A DNA stretch of 64,000 nt from Octopus sinensis (GCF_006345805.1 NC_043002.1:46562001-46626000); one strand, 5' to 3'; positions 1 to 14,439 are shown, numbered from the stretch's first letter. A program made the numbers and translations. The notes: generated from the sequence alone by a model not told the origin.

Positions 1-1724
1 AATGAATTATAAAAAGTATACACTGGGTAACGGTCAATTTCTTAATGACTAGTAAAATATTTTTTTAACGTTAAGCGTAAAATATTTTCTCTCATTATAC
101 TTAATACTAGGATCCTAATTCTGTAGAAACTTGAGTTAATCGCAATTATAGTGTTATAAAATTTGTATGAGTATTCATGTTTAGTTTTAGTACTGAGTTA
201 TCTAAACCAGTCACACAAATGTGACTGATGAACACGTTTCCATAGAATTTCTTTTGAAATGGTTCAAGTTCTTTGCGTTATGGAGTGAAAAAAATGCGTC
301 TTTACTAAGTTTGATGTGAAAAAAAAAATCCTGTTTAATTATTTCTAAAATTTAAAAGTTTAAAAATTTAAAAGTATTTACGCTCTAATAGGGCATCGCG
401 TCAAAAAGTTAAAATAACGATTTCCTATCAAGCGCAGGGAAGCGTATGTAGAGTGTAATCCAGGATACACTAAGACTGAAAAGCAAGTCTATATGGCCAT
501 GGCTGAAAAGCTTTTGATCAATAGGTCTGCTTGTTCAGAGGTGACCGGGGGCGAAACAACAACTGCGAAAAAGTTTCGTCTCTTTCCTCAGTTAAGCTAT
601 ACGGAGTGAGTATTGTCGTTGAAAACATTAAACGTGTACAGGAATCTTTGTATTCTTAAATCTATGTTTTCGTCCAGAAATTAACGATCGACAACATTTC
701 GAGAATTGTTAGCTTTTTGTCTATTTTTCTCTCTCCACTTTTCCTCTTCTGTCGTTCGTTCTGTTGCCTTTTACTTCCTGACGTCCAACTTTAATAACCA
801 GCAACTCGCTCGCACACACGGACACAAATAATCACAAACACAAATAATATCACACACACAAACACACACAGATTTCGTTTTCTACTTGTTTAGCGAGTGA
901 CTGCTGTACTGTGTTAAATACATATATTTAAAAAGTTACTGGAGCACACACGCACACCCATCTATCGTACTGGGAAAAAAATCTTGCTTAATGAAAAAAT
1001 ATCCAGACTCTCAGAACTGGTCACGCGCTTGTCATATATAAAAAAATAAATAAATTAAAAACAGGAAAAAAAAAAACAAGGAAACCTCTTCATGTTAGAG
1101 GATTGGATTTCGTAGATATAGTTTAGTACACAAGGGCATAGCATTTATATTAAACGAAAGGGACTTTACATCTCTCTGGTTATACCTTCTCTTGGATTTG
1201 TAATAAGTTCGAACTAAACAAATCCTGATCAACGGCATTCCGGCCTTGACCAGTCTGTCTATTTGTATATTGCGGACTACGTTATATGATGTGTCTAGCC
1301 TTCCTATTTTAAGATAGTATGGTGTTTATGGAAAAAAATTTGGCTGTTAGTTCTAGCATGTCCACTGACCGTATAGATGCTCTGTTGTTAGTCCCCGACT
1401 GAGCTGGACCATGGAAAGCTATGTGTATTGACAGTGGGTGGAATCAACGTAATGCTGGTGATCAGGGCAGGAATAACTATCGACTAATATGCAGATTTTT
1501 CAACCATATACTTTTACTGGTTCCAGTTATTGGACAGTGGCCATGCCAAAAGCATTGCTTGCAAAAGGAAAGTGGGGTGGAATTTGATCAGCGATATCGG
1601 TCAAAGTACAGACAACGGCAGAAAAACCTCCCGTATTTTACACATCCTTTAATGTGATGCTAATGAAGTTAGGCAGATGGTAATAGTATATACATGTAGC
1701 TAATGGTTTACTGTTTTTGTTCAG

Positions 1725-1797
1725 TTATCATTATGGTTTAGGACTGGTGTACATCGTTGTGTTTGCTATTAAAACATTAATCAAGGATGGTGAAATC
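1725..1797 (+). CDS. Candidate host-gene exon (hydrophobic peptide YHYGLGLVYIVVFAIKTLIKDGEI)
   Basis: gctaat branch-like motif, ctgtttttgttcag acceptor, atc|gtgagt donor; only one of three frames is open. No homolog recognised. Confidence 0.3.
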
Positions 1798-2974
1798 GTG
1801 AGTTTTTTTTTTTTTACCACATCCTGAATATTTCAATTGGGTTGCAAATTTTATCTTAGAATAATTTGACACAATACGAATATCGATAACCCGTACTGTG
1901 TCAAACACAGGCACACATACACCAGCAAATGTACATTTTGTATTAAAAAAAAACCTTGTCAATCCATTGCGACTATAAGTTTCAAAATGCTTGATTTAAA
2001 GATCGAATATCAATTACCTAACATTGGATGACACAAGAACATGTATGTATGTATGTATGTATGTATGTATGTGTGCATACATGTGTGTATGTATGTGTGT
2101 GTATGTATGTATGTATAATGTGTGGGTGTATACATACATAAACACAAACGCACGTGTTATACTGTGCTACGGAATACAACCACAGATTTTAGTGAGTACT
2201 ATATGTAAATAGGTAGGTGTAAACACTATTTTATATACAATATTCTTCGTGAGCAGAAAAAGAGAGATTAGCTGGACTAACTAGTCTTATTCTCGTGACG
2301 GGATTTCGTTAGCTTCCGAACACCTTTAACTGCCCGCACAGAATATGACTTATAAACCCATTTTTATACCAATAGCTTAATTAAATCGATAGACTGACAT
2401 TGTTTAATATCAAACAAGGCGGTTGTTGGCTAAAATCTATAGATATATCCTGTATGTACGGTGTCGCATTAAAACAAAACACTTAACATACCAATAATAT
2501 ATCATTTTAACTAGCTGTCAAAACCGCTTTATCGGTATATCTGATTATAAATTTTGGTGTCAAATTTTGGCACAAGGCTTGTAATTTCGGGGAGAGGGTA
2601 AGTCGATTACATCGACCCTAGTGCTCTGATTGTGAAAGGATGAAACCCGCCCGGCGTGCTAACGATTCAACTAGCTCACCACCTTATCTGATTAGAAATA
2701 TTAGGTTTATATGCAGAGTCTCCGCCGACAGTTAAAGATGGTACTAGTAGCTGATGAAGTCTAAACATAGAATTGAAACTAATGCGGCTGATCTCTGTTT
2801 TTTTTTCTTTTCGTTGGCCAAGAATACGACATAGGTACATCTCTCTATTTGGGTGTTGACTAAAATTTAGTCAACTAAAGTATATCTGGATGGCAATTGA
2901 ACAAGACACAATTGACTAGCCAGCAACACACACACATAATATATATATATACTATATATAAATATAAATAATAA

Positions 2975-3205
2975 ATGCGCCCTTTTAAAGCCTAGCCAGG
3001 CTCATGGGCCAGGTTTCCCGGTTTCAATGGCGTATGTGTTCCCCAGCTGGACGGGACGCCAGTCCATCGCAGCGTTACTCATTTTTGCCAGCTGAGTGCA
3101 CGTGTTTTGCTCAAGAACACAATGCGTCGACTGGTCCAGGAATCGAAACCACAATCTTACGATCATGATGCTGACACCCTAACCACTAAGCCACGCGCCT
3201 CCACT
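2975..3205 (-). mobile_element. SINE family C (tRNA head, V-SINE-like core) copy
   Basis: Reverse strand has tRNA-like head (gtggcttagtggttagggtg...ttcgattcctgg) and tgcgatggactggcgtcccgtccagctgg core; near-identical tail at 32385-32490. Confidence 0.75.
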
Positions 3206-3228
3206 ATGTATGTATATATATATATATA

Positions 3229-3270
<42 letters not shown>

Positions 3271-3282
3271 CACAAACACATG

Positions 3283-3325
<43 letters not shown>

Positions 3326-3339
3326 AAACACAAACACAT

Positions 3340-3475
3340 GTATTAGTTTAACGCTCGGGAAGTGAGAAAGTCTTTTACGTTTCGAGCCTACGCTCTTCAA
3401 CAGAAAGGAACACAGAAATATACAGGGATGGAAAATAAAAAAGGTTTAGTGGCTAGCGATCAATCATGGCGATTC
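3340..3475 (-). repeat. Dispersed hammerhead-bearing repeat (Penelope pLTR-like), copy 1
   Basis: Homologous to 13848-14040 and 45283-45445; all flanked by TA/TG microsatellites. Confidence 0.75.
3372..3407 (-). ncRNA. Minimal type I hammerhead ribozyme motif, CUGUUGA core variant
   Basis: Minus strand cttt-CTGTTGA-A-GAGC(gtag)GCTC-GAAAC-GTA-aaag: stem I cttt/aaag, stem II GAGC/GCTC, palindromic stem III ACGT. Confidence 0.6.
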
Positions 3476-3476
3476 A

Positions 3477-3508
<32 letters not shown>

Positions 3509-3524
3509 GCACACACACATACAC

Positions 3525-3725
3525 AGCTATGTGTGTGTCTGTATGTGTTTGTGCACTCCCGTTGCTTGACAGTCGGTGCTAGTTTTTTTACATCCCCATA
3601 ACTTTGTGGTTCGGCAAAAGGGTTGTACCAGGGTTTTAAAAAGGAAGTGCGGGGGTCCATTTGTTCGACTAAACCATTCAAGGAGGTGCCCCAGCATGGC
3701 CACAGCCCAATGACTGAAAAGAGTA
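3525..3725 (+). mobile_element. SINE family B, 3' half
   Basis: Matches the 3' half of 18036-18410 (cttgacag..ggttcggcaaaag..gttcgactaa..ccagcatggccacag..atgactgaaa). Confidence 0.7.
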
Positions 3726-4254
3726 AAGAGGTAATATTTTAAATTTCGTCCTGAAAAAAAGATGTATTTTCAATTAGTCATACTTGCTTGATTCCATTTC
3801 AGCCTTAATCTAACAAACTTATCCTGAAATGCATTCCAGCGATAACCATCCCGTCTTTCTTCGCACAGTCTACCTAGGAATTCAATAGCCAATGTGTTCT
3901 TCCACCACCCTTTTTTTTTAAGACAGTTGGGTGTGGTTGAGTGAGATTTGGCTGCTGTTTCTCATTGATCGAGTGACCACGTGGAGGTTTTTTTCGTTTC
4001 TCTTACGCTTCAGTTTCAGATTTTAACGGTTAACCGTATTTCCGTTAAGGGAGCTTTTGAGCGATCGCTTGATTTGCTGCATATATGAACCAAATTTCCC
4101 TGAAATCACACTCTGCTGCAGCAGTGGTTTCTGAGAGGTTCCGTAAAACACACTGGTGTGCTGCGAGATGTTATGCACTCCATGAAAATAAAATTACATT
4201 TAAAAATGTGGAAAATACAGTAAAAACTACGAATCTAATCTGTCTTCTACCAGT

Positions 4255-4590
4255 TTCAATCATTGAACTGTGGACATGCTGGTGCAGTGGTTTGAAGTGC
4301 CTCAAGCAAACTGACGCCAGTACTTTTTCTTTTAAAGTCTGGTACTTACTCTATCAGCTTCTTTATCGAAATGTTAAGTTACGGGGACGTAAACAAACCA
4401 GCACCGGTTTTCAAGCGGTGGTAGTGGGACAAACATTACACACACAGGACAGGCTTCTTTCAGTTTACTTCTACCAAATCCACTCACAAAGGCTTTGATT
4501 GGCCTGGGACTAGAGGAACAGTAAAAGACACTTGCTTAAAGTGCCCCAGTGTGACTGAATTATATGGTTGGAAAGCGAGCTTTTTACCCG
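4255..4590 (-). mobile_element. SINE family B, decayed copy
   Basis: Similar to 10865-11272 (gttacggggacgtaaac, ctaccaaatccactcacaaaggc, agacacttgc). Confidence 0.65.
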
Positions 4591-5166
4591 CACATTATTT
4601 TTCAAGTTTTTATAGTTCTAAATTTTCATAGAAGAAACACCGCCCTCTCGGTGGCTTTCTCTTATAGTAATATGTATTATTTCGTCTTTTTGTGAACATA
4701 GAACTTCATTGAGCAATGTATCTTTGCATAAATTGAGACGGTACGTATTACTTGAAGGGAATTTGCAAGTTGCATGACAGGACAGAGATGTTCTATCGAT
4801 AGCCCGAGGTCAACTTGGTTTTTGTTCTTTAGCCCTAGATCAGCTCTAGTCGAATAAACCAATAATGAAAGACGTTCCAGTCATAGCCATCCTGTCTTTT
4901 TGTTCATCAGAAACTACATTGTCCAAAAGAGCCTTCATTTAAGGCGGTACGGTGTGAATTGAGGGTGATTTGTTTACTATTTCCGACAGGTCGAATGATC
5001 GTGTAGAAATTCTCTTGTTGAATACAAAGACCAGCCGACATGCATTACTGTCATCTTACCTGGAGTAAAATATTCGTAGGCAGCAGTACAGTAGGCAGAC
5101 CAAGCAATACTCTTGAAAACCCCTCTTTTCCCCTGTCTCACAACGTTTTCTGTTTCATTCCTCCAG

Positions 5167-5228
5167 GGAGAAGGTTCCTGTAAAAGGCGACGTGAGGTAC
5201 GAGTTACTTTCAGAAGGTACGATAGATG
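5167..5228 (+). CDS. Candidate host-gene exon (EKVPVKGDVRYELLSEGTID frame, or GEGSCKRRREVRVTFRRYDR frame)
   Basis: Long pyrimidine tract ending cctccag; donor atg|gtgagt; two frames open. No homolog recognised. Confidence 0.3.
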
Positions 5229-5861
5229 GTGAGTAGAGAGGCAGTGTTTCCGTTACATATGCAGATATAATTTATAATAGGGATTTTTCTAGATAAATAC
5301 CGTTTGAAGATTTTTTTGACTTTAGTTACAAAGTGCACCAAATATTGATATGCTCTAAAGTGTGCCACGAGCAAAAAAAAAAAAAAATGTTTGGATAATT
5401 GTGGGTCGCAGGTGCGATGCATTAGGAAAAGATGAGAAGGTTGTAGCTGGAACGTGTTCGGCTATGAAACCTACTCAATCAGAGCTGACCTAAAGGCTGA
5501 ACAATAACAATACTCTTGTTTACAACTCTCAGACGACTTTGCTTAAACTAAGTATTTGGTTTAACTGTTCAGCGTGTTAATCTAGTAAAAAAAAAATCAG
5601 AAACTTGTATATTCTTCATATTAATGTCTAAGAAGGTACAGTATCATATATCACAGGGAAGACTATTAACAATGCAAACGAAGGAAATGTCTTCAGCCAA
5701 GGATGAAAACTGCACGCAGTCTCTCACTTGATGGAAGCTACCGACTTGCTCTTTGTCACACGCCTTATATACCCTTAATGTCAACGATGAGTAGCAGAGA
5801 AAAAAATATAGCCAAACAGGCTCAATTCATTGTACTTTAGTAGTTCAAAATAACTGCAGGC

Positions 5862-5897
<36 letters not shown>

Positions 5898-6056
5898 TGA
5901 TGCCACTTGGATGAGGGAAAACGTGAGAAAATACGGAACAAACTGATGCCTTATTTGCGTCATACATCCGGGAGCTTAACTGACCACCAAGCCCATGTGA
6001 TGAAAGCCTCTCTTTATTCTTATCACTAATCGTTAACATGGATTTCTAAGATAAGG

Positions 6057-6240
6057 CACGTCACAAATTTTGGGGGTAGGCATACAGCCGTTCAAATCTA
6101 ACTCAATACTTTGTTACGGCTTTCATTGCCCCCGGGAGGACGAAAAGTAAAAGTCGACCTCAGTTGAATTTGGCTCCAAAGAGACATAATTAAATACAAG
6201 GCATTTTATCCTGCTCTCCCAACAGTTCTGCCATTCACTG
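6057..6240 (-). mobile_element. SINE family A, decayed copy
   Basis: ggacgaaaagtaaaagtcgacctcagttgaatttg matches the family A core in reverse; a further decayed copy lies at 2565-2690. Confidence 0.55.
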
Positions 6241-8744
6241 CCCTAATAATATATATATAAAAAAAATGAATATTTATTAAAATTTTGTTGAATGTGATGG
6301 TTATGTTTGTGTTAGCTTCTTAAATATTTAACCCATCAAACTAAAATAAAACCTAGATTTCTGCAGTCCCAGCTAAGATTCACTACTGAATATGACGATT
6401 ACCCATCTAGAGTTGCTCATCATCTGACTAGGTTTATGAAATTGAGGCACTAGAGATACGAACCTATAGTATATTGTTTGCTACTTTAAATATTTAGGCA
6501 TTAAATATGTATATTCTACATAGATCCACTACTACGAGTGAGATATTTCCTAAGTAAATCTTAGCTGAATAAGTTACATATACTTTCATATGCGAAGGCA
6601 GTTTCCTTGTGTAGTTATTTATAGATGATTAGGGTATATTTGTATTTACGCTACAAGGGTATACTCAACCGAATTGATAAAGAATCTAAGCTATCTTCTA
6701 TATTACTGAATAATATTTTTTTTTAAAAAGGACTTTTTTAGACATTAATCACGTAGATTATGCGCATTGTCCGATAGGATGTACAAAATAATATTCATTC
6801 ATTGCCAGTTTTCCACTCGTATATTCGCATTATAAAAGGATTAATAATATTTAATTACATGGATGTATATTGTATATATACACTAAACACACATTCAGAT
6901 ACACCTATATATTATATACACATAGCAACAAAAGCACTACTGAACAGTAATTTGATTTGAGTATATTGATTATCTAACGCGTACAGAAGTATACAGTCAT
7001 GTATGTATAACGAACGGTAAACACACTGTATACATGTATATATCCGAAATATATAGACAGCATTGCAATGTATGTATATAGCAGTAAAGGTTTTCCTCTT
7101 CCTCTCTATATACACACACATTACTTACAGTGAATGACACCATAGCTACTTCCACAGTCAGCAACCTCTCACTACATCTCACCGACTAGACTTTCTACGT
7201 AGTTGTGCATTTCAATCCGCCACCGCGCTCTCTCTATTTCTTCCCAACTTCCCTCTCTTTCTCCCTGTGTTTCTTTCTGTCTTTCTAATTTGTTATTACT
7301 CTCTCTCTCTTTTTCAGTGTGTAATATCTATCAGTTTCACGCCAAACCCTATATCTCTTGCTATAAATTCATTTTCTCTTTTACTGCTCTAAAATACTAC
7401 CCTGTCACTTCTCACTGTCGCTTCACCGAATGTCTTTCCCCACCACCTCCACCACCACTACCTCCACCATCACTACTACTACTACTACTACTACTATTAT
7501 TACTACTACTACTACTACTAACTACTATCTCACCCTCTGTCTTACTGATTTGCCGCTACTTTCCCTCTTGGTCCCTCCCTTTTCCTCTTGCTAACTCGCT
7601 TTGATTGACGTTGCCAGCTCACTTTTCAAAGACTCCATAGTGTGACTCTTACTTTCTTCCCTCCTTTGTTATTGATATTTTATACTGATATATCCCACTC
7701 TTTACTTCACCATTTTGTCTCCTCCTACTTTACCATTATTGTCATTTAGCTAGTAGCTCCACCTTCACTCTTTAGGTTCTTACGGCCTTGCTTTCTCCAC
7801 CTTCCAAGCCTCACATTCGCCGTAGTTTGCTTCACTCTCGCTTTAACATTCTACTCTTCTTTTTCCTTTACTTAACTTTTTTTTAAATTTTATTTTCTCC
7901 TATCAACTTCTCCCTTCGCTCTATCATTCACTGACTTTTTTTTTACCTTTTCGTTTTTCCTCTCTTCTTTCTTCTATCTCTCCGTTTTCCTTGCCACACG
8001 CTATTATAATCATTACTCCCATAATCAGTTTGTTCCATTAACAGATTATACATAACTCTCGCTTCAAACGCACACACTCACATACATGCTCAAAAAGACA
8101 AAATTTTATATCTATTTTCTCCTGCTAACTTTTACATTCATGTCCGGCTAGTTAGACTAATTTTTTTTATATGTATGGAACATTGTAGATTTATTACCCC
8201 TACCAAAGTGGACGCTAAAGTTATTTATTATTCATAAATTGCAGTTGCTTTTCTGCAGGGTATAAAAGGATCGTGATCTCTCTACTTGGTACACAGTAAA
8301 AATAATATACAGTTTCTTCATTTGGAAGCATTTTCGTGAAGTTAATTATTATATTGCACTAATTTAAAACGTTTTTTTTTTCTGTGAATAATGAGAAATC
8401 ATGATCCCTTGAACTCAGTGAACAATATATTTTAACTAATTGAATATTTTCTGTTAGAATAGGTTTAAATAATTAACTAATCCTTTAAAGCAAATGCAGA
8501 TTTTCATTGTTTCGAGAAAACAACTGAGGTTATACATTTCATTTAATGGGTCTAAACTATTTTGATTTCATTTCTATATTTTAAATATTTCTTATTTAAG
8601 ACTCGTTTGTTTTTTTACTAGAACTCATTACCATGTTGGGGAGAAAATATATTGTTTTTGTTATGTAACAGCCCTTCATTGTGAAACAAATTCACTCCTT
8701 AGATCAAATGAAAATGTACTGAACTCTTAAGTGTGTGTCTTTTA

Positions 8745-9010
8745 TCTTTTACTGTCTCAGTCAGTTGACTGTGGCCATGCTGGGCCATCGCCTCGAAAGG
8801 TTTAGGCTAACAATCAGTTCTAGTCTGTTTTACATCTGGTATTTATTCTATCAATCTTTTTTGCCCAGCTGCTAAGTTACGATGTGTAAACAAACCCACA
8901 CTAGTTGTCAAGCGGTGGCGGTAAGAACAAACACCCACGACGGGGTTTCCACAATGTTTTCATCTACCAAATTCATTCACTAAGTATTGGTCTGCCCAGA
9001 CCTATAGTAA
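8745..9010 (-). mobile_element. SINE family B, decayed copy
   Basis: gactgtggccatgctgg...gctaagttacg...gttgtcaagcggtgg...ctaccaaattc matches family B. Confidence 0.6.
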
Positions 9011-10864
9011 AATGTACTTGTTTTTACAAAATAGTCCCAATAAATGGTGTAGCATTTTAGAAGCCAATCAGTCCTGATGAAAAATGATTTGTTGATTTTA
9101 ATGATTACAATTAATAAACCATTTTCAAGGAATTGAAAAAGAAAAAAAAAAAAAAACACCAAACACCTGAAATAAATTTGTCAGGGTTTTGGTTGAAAAC
9201 TTTGACTCTTGAAATTATGTCGCCCTAACACTGGTTCATTTTCATTCTCCTCTACTTTACATTATATACTTCTTGAAGGCGGCAAGCTGGCAAATTCGTT
9301 ATCGCACCGGACAAAATGCTTAGCGGCATTTGTTTTGGTTCTTTATGTTCTCAGTTTAAATGTCGCTTTTTCATCCTTTCGGAGTTGCGAAGTAGCAATC
9401 AAGTGTTGAGAACGATGTAATGGACTTCCACCTCTCCTCAAAAACTGCCGTCCTTGTGCTAACGTAAGGAATAAATTTAACATACTTCTTCCATCTTCGT
9501 TATAAATCGCATTTTCGCAGTTTAATCAGATGCAGTCAGTTAATGACATCTTATTGTTGACAATAAAAGCATTTATAGTTGTGAATAGATTGCTAGACTT
9601 GCTAGGAATTGACTGTTGGAGTGGATTAGTGAAACAACAGTTTGTTTGATCCCAGCTATTCTGTCTATTACAGAGGCTATTCAAAGTTGAAGGCTAAAAT
9701 AAACGAATATTTGTAAGATTAAGAAAAAAAGAACAAACCAAAAACAAAGCTCTGAAACAGGACTTTTTGAGGCTTTACTGTATTGAAAATATATCGATAG
9801 CTGATGAGAAGAGTAGATCAAGAATAATATTTGATTATATCCCCAAGTCAAGCAGTGCAATTTCAACAGCATTCTAGAATGTTCCAGTTCCTTGGGTATT
9901 TGTTTGATCCTAAGACTTATTGTAAAGTAGGGATGACTTTTTTATTTATTAATTAATCAACTTTTGTAATGTATCGATAATTTCCTGCATTGTATCGGAA
10001 TCCAAATCAATAACCTCAGATCGAAGTGTTGTAGTACAGTTTTATTGGTGGTTCTTGTATCAAGAAAAGATAAATTAACTGTTGTGTTTCTATGAGAAAA
10101 ACGTACAAAGCATACGAAGAAAAGGAATTTAGCAAAGGTACATGAAAATGATATATTACAGTCTAACCACAAGGGATCGACACAATTACATATTGTGAGA
10201 AAATTATATCCTGTGGCACCAATAAGAAATATCAACGTTCCTATAGTTGTGGGAATTTTGATACAGCACGTCTCCTGATCTCTGAGTTTATAGACATTTT
10301 ATAATTTTATATCTAGATAGTTTCATACTCAACGGATTTGCTAGCAAATAAGTATACATACAATGAAAACAAGTAGAGAATATTTTTGATGGAAATTCAG
10401 TTTTGAATTTACAGATTTCTATCTAAAGTATACATAAATAGCCATGAGGTAACATCCATTCGGAATGTGTTTTATTTTAGCAAACAGTCTTTATAATTTT
10501 TATATGATCAAGTATTTTCTTCAATGTGGAAAATCTTTGTGGATTTCAATTCTTAATAATTCTGTTATAATTTTTATAATTCTCATCGGTTTGACAACTC
10601 ATCTCGGTATTAACATAACTTGACATATCTAAGCTATCAAATCCAAATATTTATTATTTTTTAATTTTAATTCTTTTTAAGTATTAATATGGGAATAAGT
10701 TACACTTATGTATCTAAAATTACGTCAAATAATAATTATTTTTCGACAGAAACTGCAACGCAGATATGTGAGAGGTGCTTTTCTAAACAGTGAATATACG
10801 GGCCATATTCCATATTATTTTGCTTTGATTTCACTCGATAAAGGACTTCACCTCACAAAAAAGT

Positions 10865-11272
10865 TACTCTTTACTCTTTACTCGTTTCAGTCATTTGACT
10901 GCGGCCATGCTGGAGCACCGCCTTTAGTCGAGCAAATCGACCCCAGGACTTATTCTATTGTAAGCCCAGTACTTATTCTATCAGTCTCTTTTGCCGAACC
11001 GCTAAGTGACGGGGACGTAAACACACCAGCATCGGTTGTCAAGCAATGCTAGGGGGACAAACACAGACACACAAACACACACACGCATATATGTATATAT
11101 ACATATATACGACAAGCTTCTTTCAGTTTCCGTCTGCCAAATCCACTCACAAGGCTTTGGTCGGCCCGAAGCTATAGTAGAAGACACTTGCCCAAGGTGC
11201 CACGCAGTGGGACTGAACCCAGAACTATGTGGTTGGTAAACAAGCTACTTACCACACAGCTACGCCTGCGCC
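10865..11272 (-). mobile_element. SINE family B, full length
   Basis: Reverse complement of 18036-18410: tRNA head with A/B boxes, ggcaccttgggcaagtgtctt core, internal CA/TA tract, (tactctt)n tail. Confidence 0.85.
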
Positions 11273-13811
11273 TATTGTTACTGTAGCTTTATTTAGAATA
11301 TGACTTCTAGGAATGAATACTATAAAAATGAGTAGAAGTAACGTGTAGCCATTGTGATGTCTTAGTTTGTAAACTGTTAAAGAGTAGAAACAAAACAGTG
11401 TTAAGCAAAATCAGAGTCGAACGATATTTGTGTTTCCGTATGGGAGAATATAAACAGACAGATTGCAAAGCGAACTCGCCGAGAGATCAACAGTTCGTAG
11501 CAAGTCATCGGTGCTGCTTTGTGTTCGTGAGAAAGACACTCAAGCATTTTGAACATATGTAAGCAGCAGCAAACATTATAATTAACATTTTCGTTGAGTT
11601 ACAGTGCAGAATTCAACCCCAATTCACCTTAATAGATATAACTTGGCAAGCTGACTCTTCTTCAATAATGCTCCTACAAGCCAATGAATTGTGAGACTCA
11701 TCACCATTAATTTAATTTACTAGATTATGGGAAAATCTACCGCAGAATGCGTTGTCGGTCGTTGTTCATAGCGGATGAACTGAGTTGTTTATCAATTAAG
11801 TTTGCAGAGGAATGCCATTTCCAATTATGGGATCAATATCGGGTTAGGTTCAAAACTGCAGTTTTGTGAAAGAGGCGAATTGTAGGAAAGTATGTCTCGC
11901 ATTGTTCCAAAGAATGAACCGTGGCATGAGTTCCAATTACCATCTCTATGCCTAGGAGAGGACTTGAAACCAATATTATAGGCTAACGAACGCTCATTCA
12001 TCATGTTGAGTTTTGAACTCATTGAAGAATTATTATCGTTTAGCTCTGAGTCAGTTGCTTTCGGGCTGTCTATGAGAGCTCTATCTTTTTTTTTTTCAAG
12101 TATTGTCTATCCCAGTCTAAATCATTCGAGAAGTCATTTTTTTTAAAACTGCAGGTTGTAATTGTGTCGACTTGGCTGCTATTTCTAGTAGATCGAAGGA
12201 CCGCTTAGAAACTCACTCGTTGCTTAGCGCAGAGAAGAGTAACGAAGGATTGTGATAGCAATATTACAGTAGATATGGTTAGAGATCATAAAAGTGTTCA
12301 CTGATATGAAGAAAAATGAGATTTTCCCGAGATGTTTTGAAGAGTTGTATGTGTATGTTATTTAGCATAGGCAAGGAGTAAAAACCTAGATATTTAGATA
12401 GCATCTGCCCCCAACACAATCCCAGATAGATTTTCAGAGACTGTTCAAGCCCTTAATATGACTATGCTTCTTTAGATTATAGTTGATCATAGATTCTTTA
12501 GATTGTAGACTTTCCGAAGGCCACTAGCTGCAAAGGCGAGAAAAAAAATGATTCTAGCTAAGAATGAAAATAAGTTAACTGACTCACTTTATCGTTAATT
12601 TGCTCTCGTAATCCTGTTTCGATTCATAGTTTGAATCATTTTAAATTCACTTGCGTTTCTACTAATCCAAAGCCATTTCCCGTGCACCATTTATGTCCCG
12701 CTAAGAGAGAGATGGGACAGATCTGCTCATCTAATGTAAAATACCTCAAATCATGGAAGATCAAGCTATTAGCTCTGTTGCATTAGTGAGCGTATGTAAA
12801 TAGTTAAATTGAAAGGTAATTTAAAGCAATTTTTGTTAACAATAGAGCCTCTTAAGACAGTAACTTTTTCAGATGGTTAACATACCCATAAAACAACAAC
12901 AAAAATAATGAATTCTCCGACTATTATTCAGTTGGTCGCATTTGAATGCATGCCTTCGCAAGCAGATGTATGCCAGTGATAATTGGGTGCAGGCGGATTC
13001 TCCGTTGTATTTAGTAAAAGCAAGCATTCAAAGACGATGAAGTTGATAGACTGTTAATCGATGGATCCCCCTCATACATTTCTATATATACATACTTTTT
13101 TGAATGCCCATTACTCCGATAATTCTGAATTTTTACAGTTACACTTTTTCCATGACAGTAGATAATTTTTTTTTTATTCCACAACGTATATTTTTAATGG
13201 CTTCATGCAGGCATAACGTGCATTCGATCCTCGATTGCCAAATTTCACTTAACACTTCAACAGCACTTTTCTCACGGTAAAACAATAGTTTTTCTGTAAA
13301 TGATAGCAGTTATACATTTCCCAGATGCCTTCACTAAGCAGAATAATGTCTTTGCCGCTTCACCCTTCTAACCTCTTCTAGGTCACCACCGGCTGGAATG
13401 GAGACAACAGACCTTCAACAAAATCATGTGTTCTCAACAATATGTCTATCTTTCTGGTTGTTTTTCGATAGTTATAAAAACAAGAACTCCGTAAGCTAAA
13501 GGCAGTTACCGAGAGTGACCACCAGTGTGTGTGTGTGAACGTTATTATTGTACTTTCTTCAAACACTTCATTCATATATTTATACAACTTCTCTCACCAA
13601 TCTCCGACACTCTTTCTTGCCAAACTCCGAAAACCTTTCTCGCCAACCTCCAACAATCTCTCCCTCCTCCAGCTGACAGTTTTTTGTGCTTTTTCGTAAT
13701 GGAAAATACATCCTTTGTGGCAATTATAACGAAATTACTTTCTTATATAAGAGTAATAAGGTGCTTCAATAGAACATCTTTAGCCCCGGGAAATACCGGG
13801 TACACCAGCTA

Positions 13812-13847
<36 letters not shown>

Positions 13848-13851
<4 letters not shown>

Positions 13852-14040
13852 AGAGTTTACGAAAAAAACAAAAGACGAAGACAGGTGGTGTACAAAACAA
13901 ACAGATGTATTAGTATAACGCTCAGGAATTGAAAAAAGTCTTTTACGTTTCGAGCCTACGCTCTTCTACAGAAAGGGACACAGAAAAAACAAGGAGAGAA
14001 AAAAATGTGTGTAGTGGCTAACGATCTATCATGGCGACTA
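13848..14040 (-). repeat. Dispersed hammerhead-bearing repeat, copy 2 (motif 13940-13975, CUGUAGA core)
   Basis: Homologous to 3340-3475 and 45283-45445; between (TA)n and (TATG)n tracts. Confidence 0.75.
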
Positions 14041-14232
14041 GTGCCGTATGTATGTATGTATGTATGTATGTATGTATGTATGTATGTATGTATGTATGTA
14101 TGTATATATATGTATGTATGCATGTATGTATGTATGTATGTATATGTATGTATATGTATGTATGTATGTATATATGTATATGTATGTATGTATGTATGTA
14201 TGTATATATATATATGTATGTATATATGTATA

Positions 14233-14269
<37 letters not shown>

Positions 14270-14385
14270 TATTATTTATTATTTAATTGAACGCCACGTA
14301 TCCATTTCTAAGTAAGTTTATATATATGCATATATATACATACATACATATACATACATACACACATACATACATCATACATACA

Positions 14386-14421
<36 letters not shown>

Positions 14422-14439
14422 TAAATGTCTGACATTATT

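Noticed and set aside
62-414. Possible TTAA-bounded (piggyBac-like) MITE
   Set aside because: The left terminus matches the right only in two short blocks, which is insufficient support.
2751-2780. CTGATGA...GAAAC hammerhead-like spacing
   Set aside because: Stem II is imperfect, and there is no palindromic stem III, NUH site or stem I pairing.
11825-12022. 65-aa minus-strand ORF in moderately complex sequence
   Set aside because: No pyrimidine tract or acceptor, no motifs, and a length expected by chance.
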